Below, in pieces: positions 34,789 to 44,616 of a stretch of DNA of 49,597 nucleotides. The position numbers and the translations under genes were made by a program. This stretch comes from Robiginitomaculum sp. (GTDB taxonomy: Bacteria; Pseudomonadota; Alphaproteobacteria; Caulobacterales; Maricaulaceae). The notes beneath the pieces were generated by a model. The model ran no database searches. It worked only from the letters and a program-made list of their open reading frames with translations, and was not told the DNA's origin. Location of the stretch: positions 26,836 through 76,432 of the forward strand of contig NVVU01000004.1 in NCBI GenBank assembly GCA_002733485.1. The letters are read 5' to 3'. The stretch's first letter is position 1; every line of letters starts with the position of its first letter.

Positions 34789-37078
34789 ATTCCAAGGCGT
34801 GCCCCATGACAGCGCCCATAAACACGTCACCGGCGAAGCGATCTATGTCGACGATCTGCCCTGCCCGCCGGGGCTGTTGCATTTGCAACCAGGGCTTTCC
34901 AAGCGCGCCCATGCCAAGATCACAAAGCTGGACCTTAGCGCCGTGCGCGCTGCGCCGGGGGTGGTCTGCGTCCTTACTGCTAAAGACATTCCGGGCACCA
35001 ATGATGTCAGCCCCACCGGCACCAATGATGATCCGGTGTTTGCGATGGATGAGGTGGTTTATGCGGGCCAAGCGATCTTTGCCGTGGCCGCCACCAGCCT
35101 GGCCGCCGCGCGCCATGCCGCCACATTGGCCATCATCGAATATGAAGACCTGCCGGTCATTTTGACTATTCCCGATGCCCGCGCCGCCAAGGCCGATCTG
35201 GAGCCGGAACAGCTGATGTTTATGGGCTCGACCGAAGATGCCTTGCGCTTTGCCCCGCATGTTATTACCGGCAATTTGCGCGTCGGCGGACAGGACCATT
35301 TTTATCTGGAGAGCCAAGCCGCGCAGTGCATTCCCGGCGAGGATGGGGACATGACCCTCACCTCCTCCACCCAGCACCCCAGCGAAGCGCAACACCTGAT
35401 CGCGCATCTTTTGAACAAGAAAATCCATGACGTGCGCCTGGTGGTGCGGCGCATGGGCGGCGGCTTTGGCGGCAAGGAAACCCAGGCCGCTTTGATCGCC
35501 GCCATGACGGCGCTGGCCAGCTATAAGACCGGACGACCCGCGCGTCTGGTGCTGGACCGCGATGATGACATGGTGATGACCGGCAAGCGCCATGATTTTG
35601 AAATTGACTATAAAGTCGGCTTTGATGATCGCGGCCAATTAAGCGGTATTTTTCTTGACCTGGCTTCGCGCTGTGGCTGTTCGATGGACCTCTCGGCGGC
35701 GATCAATGACCGTGCCATGTTCCATGCGGACAATGCCTATTTTCTGAATAATGCCGACATTACCTCGCGGCGTTTTCGCACCAACACCGTCTCCAACACC
35801 GCCTTTCGCGGCTTTGGCGGCCCGCAAGGCATGATCGCCATTGAACGGGTGATGGATGCCATTGCCCTGCATTTGGGCAAAGACCCTTTGGAGGTGCGAA
35901 AGGTCAATCTTTACAACAAAATGGGGCGGGATTTCACCCCCTATGGCCAGCGGGTGATGGACAATGTGGCACCACAAATTATTGAAGATCTGGAGGCCCG
36001 CGCTGATTATGCGGCCCGTCGCAAGGCGGTGCGCGTCTTTAATGACAGCCATTCCTATGTGCGCCGTGGTATCGCCTTAACGCCGGTCAAATTTGGTATT
36101 TCCTTTACCACCACGTTTCTAAATCAGGCCGGTGCACTGGTGCACATCTATACCGATGGCAGCGTGCACCTGAACCATGGCGGCACGGAAATGGGGCAGG
36201 GCCTGAACACCAAAATCGCCCAAATTGTTGCCGAAGAATTTCAGATTGATTTTGGCAAGGTCAAGATCACCGCCACCGATACCGACAAAGTGCCCAACAC
36301 CTCGGCCACCGCCGCCTCGTCGGGCACGGACCTGAACGGCATGGCGGCCCAGCGGGCGGCTCAAACCATCAAAATTCGCCTTGTGGACTTTGCTGCCAGG
36401 GACGCGGTATGCAATGCAAAAGACGTTGTTTTTGAAAACGGCCATGTGCGTGCAGGGACCAAAGACTGGACGTTTGAAGCGCTGGTCAAGGCGGCCTATA
36501 TGGCCCGCATTTCGCTGTCCGGGGCCGGATTTTACGCCACGCCGGACATTCATTATGACCGCGAAAAGCATACCGGCACGCCGTTTTATTATTACGCTTA
36601 CGGCGCGGCGCTCAGCGAAGTTGAGGTGGATTTGCTCACCGGCGAGAGCAGGATTTTGCGCGTTGATATTGTCCATGATGTGGGCAAATCCCTAAATCCG
36701 GCGCTGGATATTGGCCAGATCGAGGGCGGCTTTGTACAGGGGGCGGGCTGGCTCACCTCGGAAGAGCTGGTGTTTGATGATCAGGGCGTTTTGCGCACCC
36801 ATGCGCCTTCGACCTATAAAATCCCAGCCTGTGCGGACCGCCCGCCGGTGTTCAATGTGACGCTTTATGAAGACGGCGAAAATACAAAAGACACTATCCA
36901 TAAATCCAAGGCCGTGGGCGAGCCGCCTCTCATGCTAGCCATTTCCGTCTTTAGCGCGATCACCGATGCGGTGGCCAGCGTTGGCGATTACAAGACCCTG
37001 CCCGATCTGCACGCCCCGGCAACGCCAGAGGCCATTTTACGCGCCGTTACGGCCTTGCAAGAGGGAGCCAAAAAGTGA
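34781..37078 (+). CDS. xdhB: xanthine dehydrogenase molybdopterin-binding subunit
   Basis: 765 aa with the RRMGGGFGGKET motif and aldehyde oxidase/xanthine dehydrogenase a/b hammerhead and Moco domains. Confidence 0.92.
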   Translation: MVKFQGVPHDSAHKHVTGEAIYVDDLPCPPGLLHLQPGLSKRAHAKITKLDLSAVRAAPGVVCVLTAKDIPGTNDVSPTGTNDDPVFAMDEVVYAGQAIFAVAATSLAAARHAATLAIIEYEDLPVILTIPDARAAKADLEPEQLMFMGSTEDALRFAPHVITGNLRVGGQDHFYLESQAAQCIPGEDGDMTLTSSTQHPSEAQHLIAHLLNKKIHDVRLVVRRMGGGFGGKETQAALIAAMTALASYKTGRPARLVLDRDDDMVMTGKRHDFEIDYKVGFDDRGQLSGIFLDLASRCGCSMDLSAAINDRAMFHADNAYFLNNADITSRRFRTNTVSNTAFRGFGGPQGMIAIERVMDAIALHLGKDPLEVRKVNLYNKMGRDFTPYGQRVMDNVAPQIIEDLEARADYAARRKAVRVFNDSHSYVRRGIALTPVKFGISFTTTFLNQAGALVHIYTDGSVHLNHGGTEMGQGLNTKIAQIVAEEFQIDFGKVKITATDTDKVPNTSATAASSGTDLNGMAAQRAAQTIKIRLVDFAARDAVCNAKDVVFENGHVRAGTKDWTFEALVKAAYMARISLSGAGFYATPDIHYDREKHTGTPFYYYAYGAALSEVEVDLLTGESRILRVDIVHDVGKSLNPALDIGQIEGGFVQGAGWLTSEELVFDDQGVLRTHAPSTYKIPACADRPPVFNVTLYEDGENTKDTIHKSKAVGEPPLMLAISVFSAITDAVASVGDYKTLPDLHAPATPEAILRAVTALQEGAKK

Positions 37079-37884
37079 GTGCCTGGCACGAAAATGCCTT
37101 ACGCGAATTAAGCCAGACAGAGGGCGCAGTTCTGGTCAGTTTGGCCGATGTCAAAGGCTCGGCCCCGCGCGGTATTGGCACGCAAATGCTGGTCACCACC
37201 ACACGCCAATATGGCACCATAGGCGGCGGCGCGCTGGAGTTTGGGGCCGCAGCCCGCGCCCGCGAAATTTTGCAAAACGGCCCACAACATTTAAGCGAAA
37301 CCATGATCCTCGGCCTGGATTTGGGCCAGTGTTGCGGCGGTCAGGTGGCCCTGGAATATGAGCGCTTTACCGGATCGCCAGGCGCCATTCGGGACCGCCT
37401 TATCGAGAACGCCGCCCCGCCCACCCCGCTTTATCTTTTTGGCGCGGGCCATGTAGGCACCGCTTTGGTGCAGGTATTGGCGGGCCTGCCCTTTGCCATT
37501 TCCTGGGTTGATCAACGCCCACAAAGCTTTGCCCACAAGGTCCGTGATGGGGTAAAAACCCTGCGCCTTGATACCCCCATGCACGCCATTAGATACGCCC
37601 CCAAGGATGCGATTTTTCTCGTCCTGACCCATGATCACGATCTGGATTATCAACTGGTGCGCGCGATTTTGCAGCGTGGTAATTTTTCCTTTTGCGGACT
37701 GATCGGCTCGAAAACCAAGCGGGCGCGTTTTACCCATCGCCTTAAAAAAGAAGGCATCGCGCAAGAGAGGCTGGACCGTCTGACCTGCCCCATTGGCATG
37801 GATGGTATTCCCGGCAAGGCCCCCGAAGCCATTGCTATTTCTGTGGCGGCGCAACTTCTGACACTCATTAAGTCTGGAACTTAA
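37075..37884 (+). CDS. xdhC: xanthine dehydrogenase accessory (Moco insertion) protein
   Basis: XdhC/CoxI-like with GQCCGGQVAL and LYLFGAGHVG. ATGA-type overlap with xdhB. Confidence 0.88.
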   Translation: MSAWHENALRELSQTEGAVLVSLADVKGSAPRGIGTQMLVTTTRQYGTIGGGALEFGAAARAREILQNGPQHLSETMILGLDLGQCCGGQVALEYERFTGSPGAIRDRLIENAAPPTPLYLFGAGHVGTALVQVLAGLPFAISWVDQRPQSFAHKVRDGVKTLRLDTPMHAIRYAPKDAIFLVLTHDHDLDYQLVRAILQRGNFSFCGLIGSKTKRARFTHRLKKEGIAQERLDRLTCPIGMDGIPGKAPEAIAISVAAQLLTLIKSGT

Positions 37885-37887
37885 ATT

Positions 37888-39075
37888 ATGGACCTCGACA
37901 TCACCCCCTGGCTGAATATGGCGATCCGCTGGCTGCACGTCATTGCCGGTATTGCCTGGATTGGTTCCAGCTTTTATTTCATCTGGCTGGACAATTCCTT
38001 ACGTCCTGAAAAGGACGAAAAGGAAAAGGGTGTTAGTGGCGCGCTCTGGGCGGTGCATGGCGGCGGGTTTTACCACAAGAAAAAATATCTGGTTGCGCCA
38101 GATCACATGCCCGACGATTTGCACTGGTTCAAATGGGAGGCCTATACTACCTGGCTTTCCGGCTTCGCGCTCCTCGCGCTGATGTATTACTGGTCCGCTG
38201 ATCTGTATCTGGTTGATCGCACTAAACTGGACATGACCAATCTACAGGCCACGGGCCTTAGCCTACTGGTTTTGACTGCCGGGTGGTTGATTTATGATGG
38301 CCTGTGCAAATCGCCCTTGCGCAAGAACAATGCTTTGCTGGGCGCAGTGTGGTTTTTTGTGCTCCTTGGCTTTGCCTATGGGCTAAATCTGGTGTTTTCC
38401 GGGCGCGGCGCGGTAATGCATATGGGCACCATAGTGGGCACCGCCATGGCGGCCAATGTGTTCTTCATCATCATCCCCAACCAGCGCAAAGTGGTCGCCT
38501 CGATGCTGGCCGGGAACGCGCCGGACCCAATATTGGGCATCCAAGCCAAGCAACGCAGTTTACATAATAATTACATGACCTTGCCGGTAGTGCTGATTAT
38601 GTTCAGCAACCATTATCCGCTGCTGTTTGGCAATCCGTATAACTGGGCCTTGCTGGCCGGGTTTGCCATTTGCGGCATGTTGATCCGCCATTTTTTCAAC
38701 CGCCGCCACAAGGACGATGTGCAATATGGCTATCTGATTGCCGGGGCCGTGGTTTTCATTGCGACTTTTGTTTTTGCCGCCGCCAGCCAGAACGGCTTTG
38801 CCAAGCCGCAAGACACCGGCGCGGTGACCTTCACCCAGGTCAAAACTCTGATGGATACCCATTGCACCATGTGCCATGCGCCAAGCCCGTCTTATGATGG
38901 TTTTGATGCCCCGCCTGCGGGCCTCACCCTCACCGACAAGGCCACCATTACCGCCGCCGCAGGGCGTATTTACGATCAGGTAGTGGTCGCCAAAATCATG
39001 CCCCTTGGCAATGAAACTGGCATGACCGAAGAGGAACGCGCCATAATTGGTGCTTGGGTGCAATCGGTAAAATGA
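37888..39075 (+). CDS. puuD: integral-membrane cytochrome c urate oxidase (urate hydroxylase PuuD type)
   Basis: N-terminal multi-TM domain (AIRWLHVIAGIAWIGSSFYFIWLDN...) plus a C-terminal heme c motif CTMCH (38863-38877). It lies between xdhC and allA. Confidence 0.8.
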   Translation: MDLDITPWLNMAIRWLHVIAGIAWIGSSFYFIWLDNSLRPEKDEKEKGVSGALWAVHGGGFYHKKKYLVAPDHMPDDLHWFKWEAYTTWLSGFALLALMYYWSADLYLVDRTKLDMTNLQATGLSLLVLTAGWLIYDGLCKSPLRKNNALLGAVWFFVLLGFAYGLNLVFSGRGAVMHMGTIVGTAMAANVFFIIIPNQRKVVASMLAGNAPDPILGIQAKQRSLHNNYMTLPVVLIMFSNHYPLLFGNPYNWALLAGFAICGMLIRHFFNRRHKDDVQYGYLIAGAVVFIATFVFAAASQNGFAKPQDTGAVTFTQVKTLMDTHCTMCHAPSPSYDGFDAPPAGLTLTDKATITAAAGRIYDQVVVAKIMPLGNETGMTEEERAIIGAWVQSVK

Positions 39076-39584
39076 GCCAGCGCACCCTCAGCCCCCGGCC
39101 CCTGAGCGCCGCAGCTTTCGCCCCCTTTGGCGATGTGTTGTCGGTTTTGGACGCCGCGCCCAAACCCATCAATTACGGCAATACCATGCGCTATGACACC
39201 GGCGCAGCCCTTAGCCTTGATGCGCAAAAGGGCCGCCCCGGGATCAGCATTTTTCGCGCCACGCCTTTGCCAACACCCATCAAAATTACCCTGATGGAGC
39301 GCCATCCGCTCTCCAGTCAGGCGTTTTTTCCGCTTTCAGAACACCCGTTTTTGGTGGTGGTCGCGCCCAAGGGCGATCTGGACCCCGCCAACATTTTCGC
39401 CTTTATCGCCGCCCCGGATCAGGGGGTGAATTATCATCCCGGCGTCTGGCACCATTATTTGCTGGCGCTGGACGGGGTCAGTGATTTTCTGGTTGTCGAC
39501 CGGCTGGGTAGCCAAAATTCAAAAACAGAGAATTGCGACGAGGTAACGCTTACCTCCCCGCTTATGGTGGAGGTGCCTCAATGA
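39072..39584 (+). CDS. allA: ureidoglycolate lyase
   Basis: About 170 aa with the motif GVNYHPGVWHH. The start ATG overlaps the puuD stop (ATGA). The track ORF begins 6 codons earlier. Confidence 0.85.
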   Translation: MSQRTLSPRPLSAAAFAPFGDVLSVLDAAPKPINYGNTMRYDTGAALSLDAQKGRPGISIFRATPLPTPIKITLMERHPLSSQAFFPLSEHPFLVVVAPKGDLDPANIFAFIAAPDQGVNYHPGVWHHYLLALDGVSDFLVVDRLGSQNSKTENCDEVTLTSPLMVEVPQ

Positions 39585-40885
39585 GCAGAACCGCCTTTCG
39601 CAGCAAAATCCTGCACTTTATGGATGACCCGGCACACAGCACCGCACCCGGCACCATTATGGCTTATGATGACGGGGTGCTGGTGGTCGAAGATGGGCAT
39701 ATTCTGGCCCTTGGCTCGCCAGAAGAGATGGCTGATCTGACCCGCGACATTGACGTGCAGCACAGTCCGGGTGGCCTGATTATGCCGGGCTTTGTCGATG
39801 CCCATGTGCATTACCCGCAGGTCGATATGATCGCCAGTTATGGCAAGCATTTGCTCGACTGGCTGGACCATTATGCCTTCCCGGCTGAGATTGCGTTAAA
39901 ACGCTTTGCCGATCGCGCCACAGACACCGCCGCGTTTTTTCTGGACGAGCTTTTGCGCAATGGCACCACTTCGGCGCTGGTTTTTGCCACCGTTCATGCC
40001 CACACCGTAGACGCGATTTTTGGCGAGGCGTTAAAGCGCAATCTGCGCCTGATCAGCGGCAAGGTGATGATGGACGCCCATGCGCCCGATGATTTGCTGG
40101 ACACCGCCCAATCCAGCTATGACGATAGTAAAGCGCTGATCGAAAAATGGCACGGCAAGGGCCGTCTTGGCTATGCGGTAACGCCGCGCTTTGCGCTGAC
40201 CTCTACCAAGGAACAGCTTGATCTGGCAGGCCGTTTGCTGGCCGAGCACCCGGACGTTTTGCTGCACACGCACCTTTGCGAAAACATCAAAGAAATCGAA
40301 CGCGCTGAGGAACTTTTCCCGGATGCAGAGGGCTATCTGGACGTTTACAAACGCGCCGGTATGGTGACCGATAAATCGGTTTTTGCCCATGGGGTGCACC
40401 TTAGCGATGCCGACCGAAAAACGCTTTCCAGTGCCAAATCTGCCCTCGCCCATTGCCCTACATCGAACCTGTTTTTAGGCTCTGGCCTGTTTGATCTCGC
40501 CGCCGCGCAAGAGGCAGAGATCACCATCGGCTTTGGCACAGATGTGGGCGGCGGCACGTCGCTCAGCGCCTTTGCCACCATGAACGAGGCCTATAAGGTT
40601 TCGCAATTGCGGGGCCATAGCCTGAACCCCTATGAAGCGTTCTATCTGGCCACACTGGGCGGAGCGCGGGCGCTGCACATTGACAGCCACGTCGGCAATT
40701 TCGCCCCCGGCAAGGAAGCCGATTTTGTCGTGCTGGATCTGGCCGCCACGCCCTTGATCAAACGCCGCCTGGCGCACACCAACACGTTCGAGCAAATGCT
40801 GTTTGCCCTGATGATTTTGGGCGATGACCGGGCGGTGCGTCAAACCTTCGTCGCCGGCGCGCTAGCCCATGACCGTGACGCCTGA
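39581..40885 (+). CDS. guaD: guanine deaminase
   Basis: Amidohydrolase metal site PGFVDAHVHYPQ, HLCEN, and a GTDVGGG tail motif typical of GuaD. The start overlaps the allA stop (ATGA). The track ORF begins 16 codons earlier. Confidence 0.88.
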   Translation: MSRTAFRSKILHFMDDPAHSTAPGTIMAYDDGVLVVEDGHILALGSPEEMADLTRDIDVQHSPGGLIMPGFVDAHVHYPQVDMIASYGKHLLDWLDHYAFPAEIALKRFADRATDTAAFFLDELLRNGTTSALVFATVHAHTVDAIFGEALKRNLRLISGKVMMDAHAPDDLLDTAQSSYDDSKALIEKWHGKGRLGYAVTPRFALTSTKEQLDLAGRLLAEHPDVLLHTHLCENIKEIERAEELFPDAEGYLDVYKRAGMVTDKSVFAHGVHLSDADRKTLSSAKSALAHCPTSNLFLGSGLFDLAAAQEAEITIGFGTDVGGGTSLSAFATMNEAYKVSQLRGHSLNPYEAFYLATLGGARALHIDSHVGNFAPGKEADFVVLDLAATPLIKRRLAHTNTFEQMLFALMILGDDRAVRQTFVAGALAHDRDA

Positions 40886-40913
40886 ACCCCGGTAAATGGG
40901 ATCAGCATACCCT

Positions 40914-40949
40914 CTTATCCAGGGATGGGGATAAGACCCATTTATCCCC
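40914..40949. repeat. three TTATCC/GGATAA half-sites (+,-,+) forming alternative hairpins
   Basis: CTTATCC (40914-40920), GGGGATAAG (40927-40935), TTATCCCC (40942-40949). The middle copy can pair with either neighbour. Confidence 0.6.
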
Positions 40950-40950
40950 G

Positions 40951-41048
40951 ATTTATAGGGGGGTATAAGGGTCAAAAAAGGGGTAAAAAAGGCTCAATAA
41001 GCGCATTTAAGCGTAAAATAAGGGGCATTTTGGACCAATTTAGGGGGG
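40951..41048. repeat. phased A/T-run + G-run array, about nine units of ~11 bp
   Basis: G(C)-runs start at 40958, 40969, 40980, 40991, 41001, 41011, 41022, 41032 and 41043, giving intervals of 11,11,11,10,10,11,10,11. Each is preceded by an A/T run (TATA, TATAA, AAAAAA, TAAAAAA, AATAA, TTTAA, AAATAA, ATTTT, AATTTA). Confidence 0.65.
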
Positions 41049-41100
41049 CGCTGTTTGGCAATCAGATTTTCTTGCCAAAGCCCCGGCCCCTCACCTTATT

Positions 41101-41130
41101 CCTCTCCCATTTTCCCTTCGGGGGGAGAGG
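41101..41130. repeat. C-type hairpin (CCTCTCCC-14 nt-GGGAGAGG)
   Basis: An 8-bp perfect stem read directly from the sequence. It resembles a common GC-rich REP-like unit whose translation gives GGRG/SPLP-type peptides in spurious ORFs. Confidence 0.6.
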
Positions 41131-41242
41131 AAAGCGCTTTATGATCGTCGCTGTAATTCGTTTTTCTGATGCTGCATATTATAAACTTATCCCACACCGG
41201 CTTGGTTGGGGTATATTGCTGGTTGTGATAGTGCCCAGTGCT

Positions 41243-41320
41243 GTCATTGCCGGGCCTGTTCCGGCAATCCAGAGCGGCATAAATGCGAAACTGGATGACC
41301 CGGATAAACCGGGTAATGAC
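41243..41320. repeat. composite A-type hairpin repeat
   Basis: GTCATTGCCGGGCCTGTTCCGGCAATCCAG (41243-41272) and CTGGATGACCCGGATAAACCGGGTAATGAC (41291-41320), with an 18-nt spacer. A further degenerate unit lies near 41391-41425 (GGATCCCGGA...TCCGGGAAC). Confidence 0.85.
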
Positions 41321-41525
41321 ATGAAGGATGGAGAAATTTACAGGGCCTCCAGCCTTAGAGCCGGGGTCTATAGGCGAGTCCTCCTCAACTTGGATCCCGG
41401 ATATGTCTCCGCCATTCCGGGAACCCTAAGGTGGAAAATGACTTTGGATTGAAAAGTGGATCGGGAATGAAGTTTCCCAAAAGCTCTAGCGGCAGCCGGT
41501 TTCGTCCACCCATTCCCATATATGC

Positions 41526-42716
41526 CTAAGCCTTTAGTGCCTCAACGCCGGGAAGGGCTTTGCCCTCCATCCATTCCAAAAAGGCACCGCCTGCGGTGGA
41601 GATAAACGTAAAGCCTTTCGCGGCCCCGGCCTGATTGAGCGCTGAGACGGTATCGCCGCCGCCGGCCACCGAGACCAGCTTGCCGGCGCGGGTCAGCGCC
41701 GCGCAATGGCGCGCCGCCGCCTTGGTGGCTGCATCAAATGGGGTCAGTTCGAACGCGCCCAACGGGCCATTCCAGATCACCGTTTTGGCGCGATCCATGG
41801 CGGCATTCAAGACCGCCACGCTTTGCGGCCCGGCATCCAGGATCATGTCCTTTTCGCCAACCCCGTCCAGCGACACCGTCTGGTGGGGTGCATTGGCGGC
41901 AAATTTTGTTGCCACGACCACATCAATGGGCAGCAAAATCTCACAATTATTGCGCACCGCGCTGGTCATGATGGCCCGGGCGGTATCGGCCAGATCCTTT
42001 TCGCACAAGCTGGCCCCAACGGGTTTACCCAACGCGTGTAAAAACGTATTGGCCATGCCGCCGCCAATGCACAAAATGTCCACCTGTAAGACCAGATTTT
42101 GTAAAAGGTCGATTTTGCTGGAGACCTTGGCCCCACCAACCACGGCCAGCACCGGATGCTCTGGCTTGCCCAGTGCCTTTTCCAGATGGTCCAGCTCGCG
42201 CTGCATGGCGCGCCCGGCAAAGGCGGGCAGGAATTGCGCAATGCCAACGGTGGAGGCATGGGCGCGGTGCGCCGATGAAAACGCATCAAGCACAAAAAGA
42301 TCACCCTGATCGGCCATGGCGCGCCCCAGCGCAGGGTCGTTTTCCTGCTCGCCCTTATGAAAACGGGTATTTTCCAGCAAGAGCACATCGCCCGGGACCA
42401 TGGCGGCCACAGATTGTTGCGCCGCCGTGCCCACGCAATCAGAGGCAAAGCCAACCGGCGCATCCAGAAGTTTAGCCAGCACCGGGGCCACTGGGGCCAG
42501 ACTCATCGCGGCGACGCGCGCGCCTTTGGGGCGGCCAAAATGCGACAGCAGAATCACCTTAGCCCCGCGCGAACGCAAATCATTGATGGTCGGCAAAGCG
42601 GCGCGCAGACGGGTATCGTCCGACACCGCGCCCCCTTGCATGGGAACGTTAAAATCAACCCGAACCAGAACGCGCTGGCCCTTCACATCGGCATCATCCA
42701 AAGTGCGAAAGGCCAT
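41526..42716 (-). CDS. pgk: phosphoglycerate kinase
   Basis: [12 protein letters not shown]-terminal motif and a full-length 396-aa PGK-like sequence. Confidence 0.95.
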   Translation of the reverse strand: MAFRTLDDADVKGQRVLVRVDFNVPMQGGAVSDDTRLRAALPTINDLRSRGAKVILLSHFGRPKGARVAAMSLAPVAPVLAKLLDAPVGFASDCVGTAAQQSVAAMVPGDVLLLENTRFHKGEQENDPALGRAMADQGDLFVLDAFSSAHRAHASTVGIAQFLPAFAGRAMQRELDHLEKALGKPEHPVLAVVGGAKVSSKIDLLQNLVLQVDILCIGGGMANTFLHALGKPVGASLCEKDLADTARAIMTSAVRNNCEILLPIDVVVATKFAANAPHQTVSLDGVGEKDMILDAGPQSVAVLNAAMDRAKTVIWNGPLGAFELTPFDAATKAAARHCAALTRAGKLVSVAGGGDTVSALNQAGAAKGFTFISTAGGAFLEWMEGKALPGVEALKA

Positions 42717-42736
42717 AGCAATTCTCCTGATTTTCC

Positions 42737-43744
42737 CTAGATAAAGGCGGCCAGCGCCAGCGCCGTATCAGACATGCGTGTGGCAAAGCCCCATTCATTG
42801 TCATACCAGGTCAGAATGCGCACCAAAGTGCCATCGACCACTTGGGTTTGCGGCAAGGCAAAGGTGGAAGAATTGGCATTGTGGTTATAATCTATCGACA
42901 CCAGAGGTTCGTCTGAATAGCCAAGCACGCCTTTAAGCGGCCCATCAGCGGCGGCAATAATGGCGGCGTTGATTTCCTCCACACTGGTGGCTTTGCCGGC
43001 ATCAAAGGTCAGGTCCACACAAGACACATTGGGGGTTGGCACGCGGATGGAACAGCCATCCAGCTTGCCCGCCAGTTCCGGCAGAACCAGACCCACGGCC
43101 TTGGCCGCACCCGTTGAAGTGGGGATCATGGATTGGGCCGCCGCGCGCGCCCGGTAGAGGTCACTGTGCATCCGGTCCAATGTCGGCTGATCGCCGGTAT
43201 AAGCGTGAATGGTGGTCATATAGCCGCGCTTAATGCCCACAGCATCGTTCAGGGTTTTGGCCACTGGCGACAGGCAATTTGTGGTGCAGGATGCGTTGGA
43301 AACAATAATGTCGTCGGCGGTCAGCACATTGTGATTAACCCCGTAAACGATGGTTTTGTCGGCATCCTTGCCCGGCGCACTCAACAGCACCCGCTTGGCC
43401 CCGGCTTCCAGATGCTTGCCCGCCAGTGCCTTGGAGAGGAAAAGGCCAGTGCATTCCAGCGCCACATCGATGTTTAATTCTTTCCAGGGCAGTTTGGCCG
43501 GGTCGCGCTCGGCGGTGACGCGAATGGTTTTCCCATTGACGATCATAGCGCCTTCTTCGGTCTGCACATCGGCATCCAGACGCCCGTGCACCGAATCATA
43601 TTTCAGCAAATGCGCATTGGTTTTGACCGGACCCAGATCATTAATGGCCACCACTTCAATATCTGTGCGGCCATGTTCGATAATCGACCGTAAAACCAGC
43701 CGTCCAATGCGACCAAAGCCGTTAATCGCTACCCGTATTGCCAT
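42737..43744 (-). CDS. gap: glyceraldehyde-3-phosphate dehydrogenase (type I)
   Basis: [12 protein letters not shown] motif and the catalytic [10 protein letters not shown] motif. 335 aa. Confidence 0.95.
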   Translation of the reverse strand: MAIRVAINGFGRIGRLVLRSIIEHGRTDIEVVAINDLGPVKTNAHLLKYDSVHGRLDADVQTEEGAMIVNGKTIRVTAERDPAKLPWKELNIDVALECTGLFLSKALAGKHLEAGAKRVLLSAPGKDADKTIVYGVNHNVLTADDIIVSNASCTTNCLSPVAKTLNDAVGIKRGYMTTIHAYTGDQPTLDRMHSDLYRARAAAQSMIPTSTGAAKAVGLVLPELAGKLDGCSIRVPTPNVSCVDLTFDAGKATSVEEINAAIIAAADGPLKGVLGYSDEPLVSIDYNHNANSSTFALPQTQVVDGTLVRILTWYDNEWGFATRMSDTALALAAFI

Positions 43745-43921
43745 GTGAAATCTCCATTAAAGCTGGTGCGCCTGATGACACGCTTTGCCGTTTACCCTAT
43801 TCTTGGGCTATACCTTGGCGTACGGGATACGTCCAGTTGAATGCGCCCCGCAAAAGACCTTTGTGACACAGAAGGCTGTTGGGGGCTTTGCAGCGCTGTT
43901 AATGCGGTTCACAATGAGAAA

Positions 43922-44218
43922 ATGATGGTCAAAAATACACAAACGCCCCCCCTTGATGACAGCGACGTCGCCCTTGGCGAAGCCAGCACCCGGCTGAATA
44001 GCGCGCTTGATCTTCTGGACACGTGCACATCGGCCCTTTTACAACGCATGAAAGGCGCCCGCGAGGCCGGTGAAGTGGACGAGGATCGCGCCCGTCTGGC
44101 TGCCGAACTGGACGCAGCGCAAGCCCGCGCCGACGCCCTGGAAGAGGCCGCACGCGAAGCCGGGGCGGCCCTGGATGCCGCCATTGACGAGGTGCGCAGC
44201 GCCCTTGGGGAGGTATAG
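43922..44218 (+). CDS. small coiled-coil protein, DUF4164 / ZauP-like (ZapA partner)
   Basis: About 98-aa Ala/Glu/Asp-rich helical protein directly upstream of zapA, as in other alphaproteobacteria. Start at the ATGATG at 43922 is preferred; the track ORF starts at 43841. Confidence 0.65.
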   Translation: MMVKNTQTPPLDDSDVALGEASTRLNSALDLLDTCTSALLQRMKGAREAGEVDEDRARLAAELDAAQARADALEEAAREAGAALDAAIDEVRSALGEV

Positions 44219-44222
44219 GCTC

Positions 44223-44591
44223 ATGGGTAAGGTTTCCATAAATGTAAATGGCCGCGCCTTTGCGGTGGGCTGCGAAGATGGCGAGGAAAGCGCCGTTGCC
44301 GAACTTGGTGAACAATTTAACGCCCATGTGTGCGAGCTGGCCGAGCAAGTGGGGCAGATCGGCGATTTACGGCTGTTTTTAATGGCCGCACTGGTCTTGG
44401 CCGATGAATTGCGTGAAGCCAAGCGCACCTGCGCCGGTTTTGAAGCGCAGATGACTGACAGTCAGAGCGCCAATGCCGAAGGGGCACGCAAAAACAATGC
44501 CCTGGCCCAAAGCGCTGCGCATGCCTTAAATGAGGCAGCGGGCCGGATTGAAAAGCTGGCAAACCAGCTGGATAATGATGAATCCGCATAA
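44223..44591 (+). CDS. zapA: cell division protein ZapA
   Basis: MGKVSINVNGRAFAVGCEDGEE...LFLMAALVLADEL matches the ZapA fold signature. The track ORF 44070..44591 overlaps the upstream gene, so the internal ATG at 44223 was used. Confidence 0.85.
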   Translation: MGKVSINVNGRAFAVGCEDGEESAVAELGEQFNAHVCELAEQVGQIGDLRLFLMAALVLADELREAKRTCAGFEAQMTDSQSANAEGARKNNALAQSAAHALNEAAGRIEKLANQLDNDESA

Positions 44592-44616
44592 AAACGCACT
44601 TTTACTGTGATTATTT

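Noticed and set aside
33631-35638. Long minus-strand ORFs 33631..34830 (399 aa) and 34673..35638 (321 aa)
   Set aside because: They lie antisense to xdhA/xdhB, which carry unmistakable motifs. Their translations are Arg/Gly/Ala-rich with no motifs, as expected for shadow ORFs in GC-rich DNA.
28291-41320. Whether the ~30-nt hairpin units could be a CRISPR array
   Set aside because: The units are dispersed over 13 kb as inverted pairs, not direct repeats with regular 30-40-nt spacers. No cas genes are present.
40925-41452. 175-aa ORF spanning the guaD-pgk gap
   Set aside because: It reads straight through the G-run array and the C-type and A-type hairpin repeats. Its translation includes the repeat-derived peptides FPFGGRGK and VIAGPVPAIQ. 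It has no SD, so it is not a gene.
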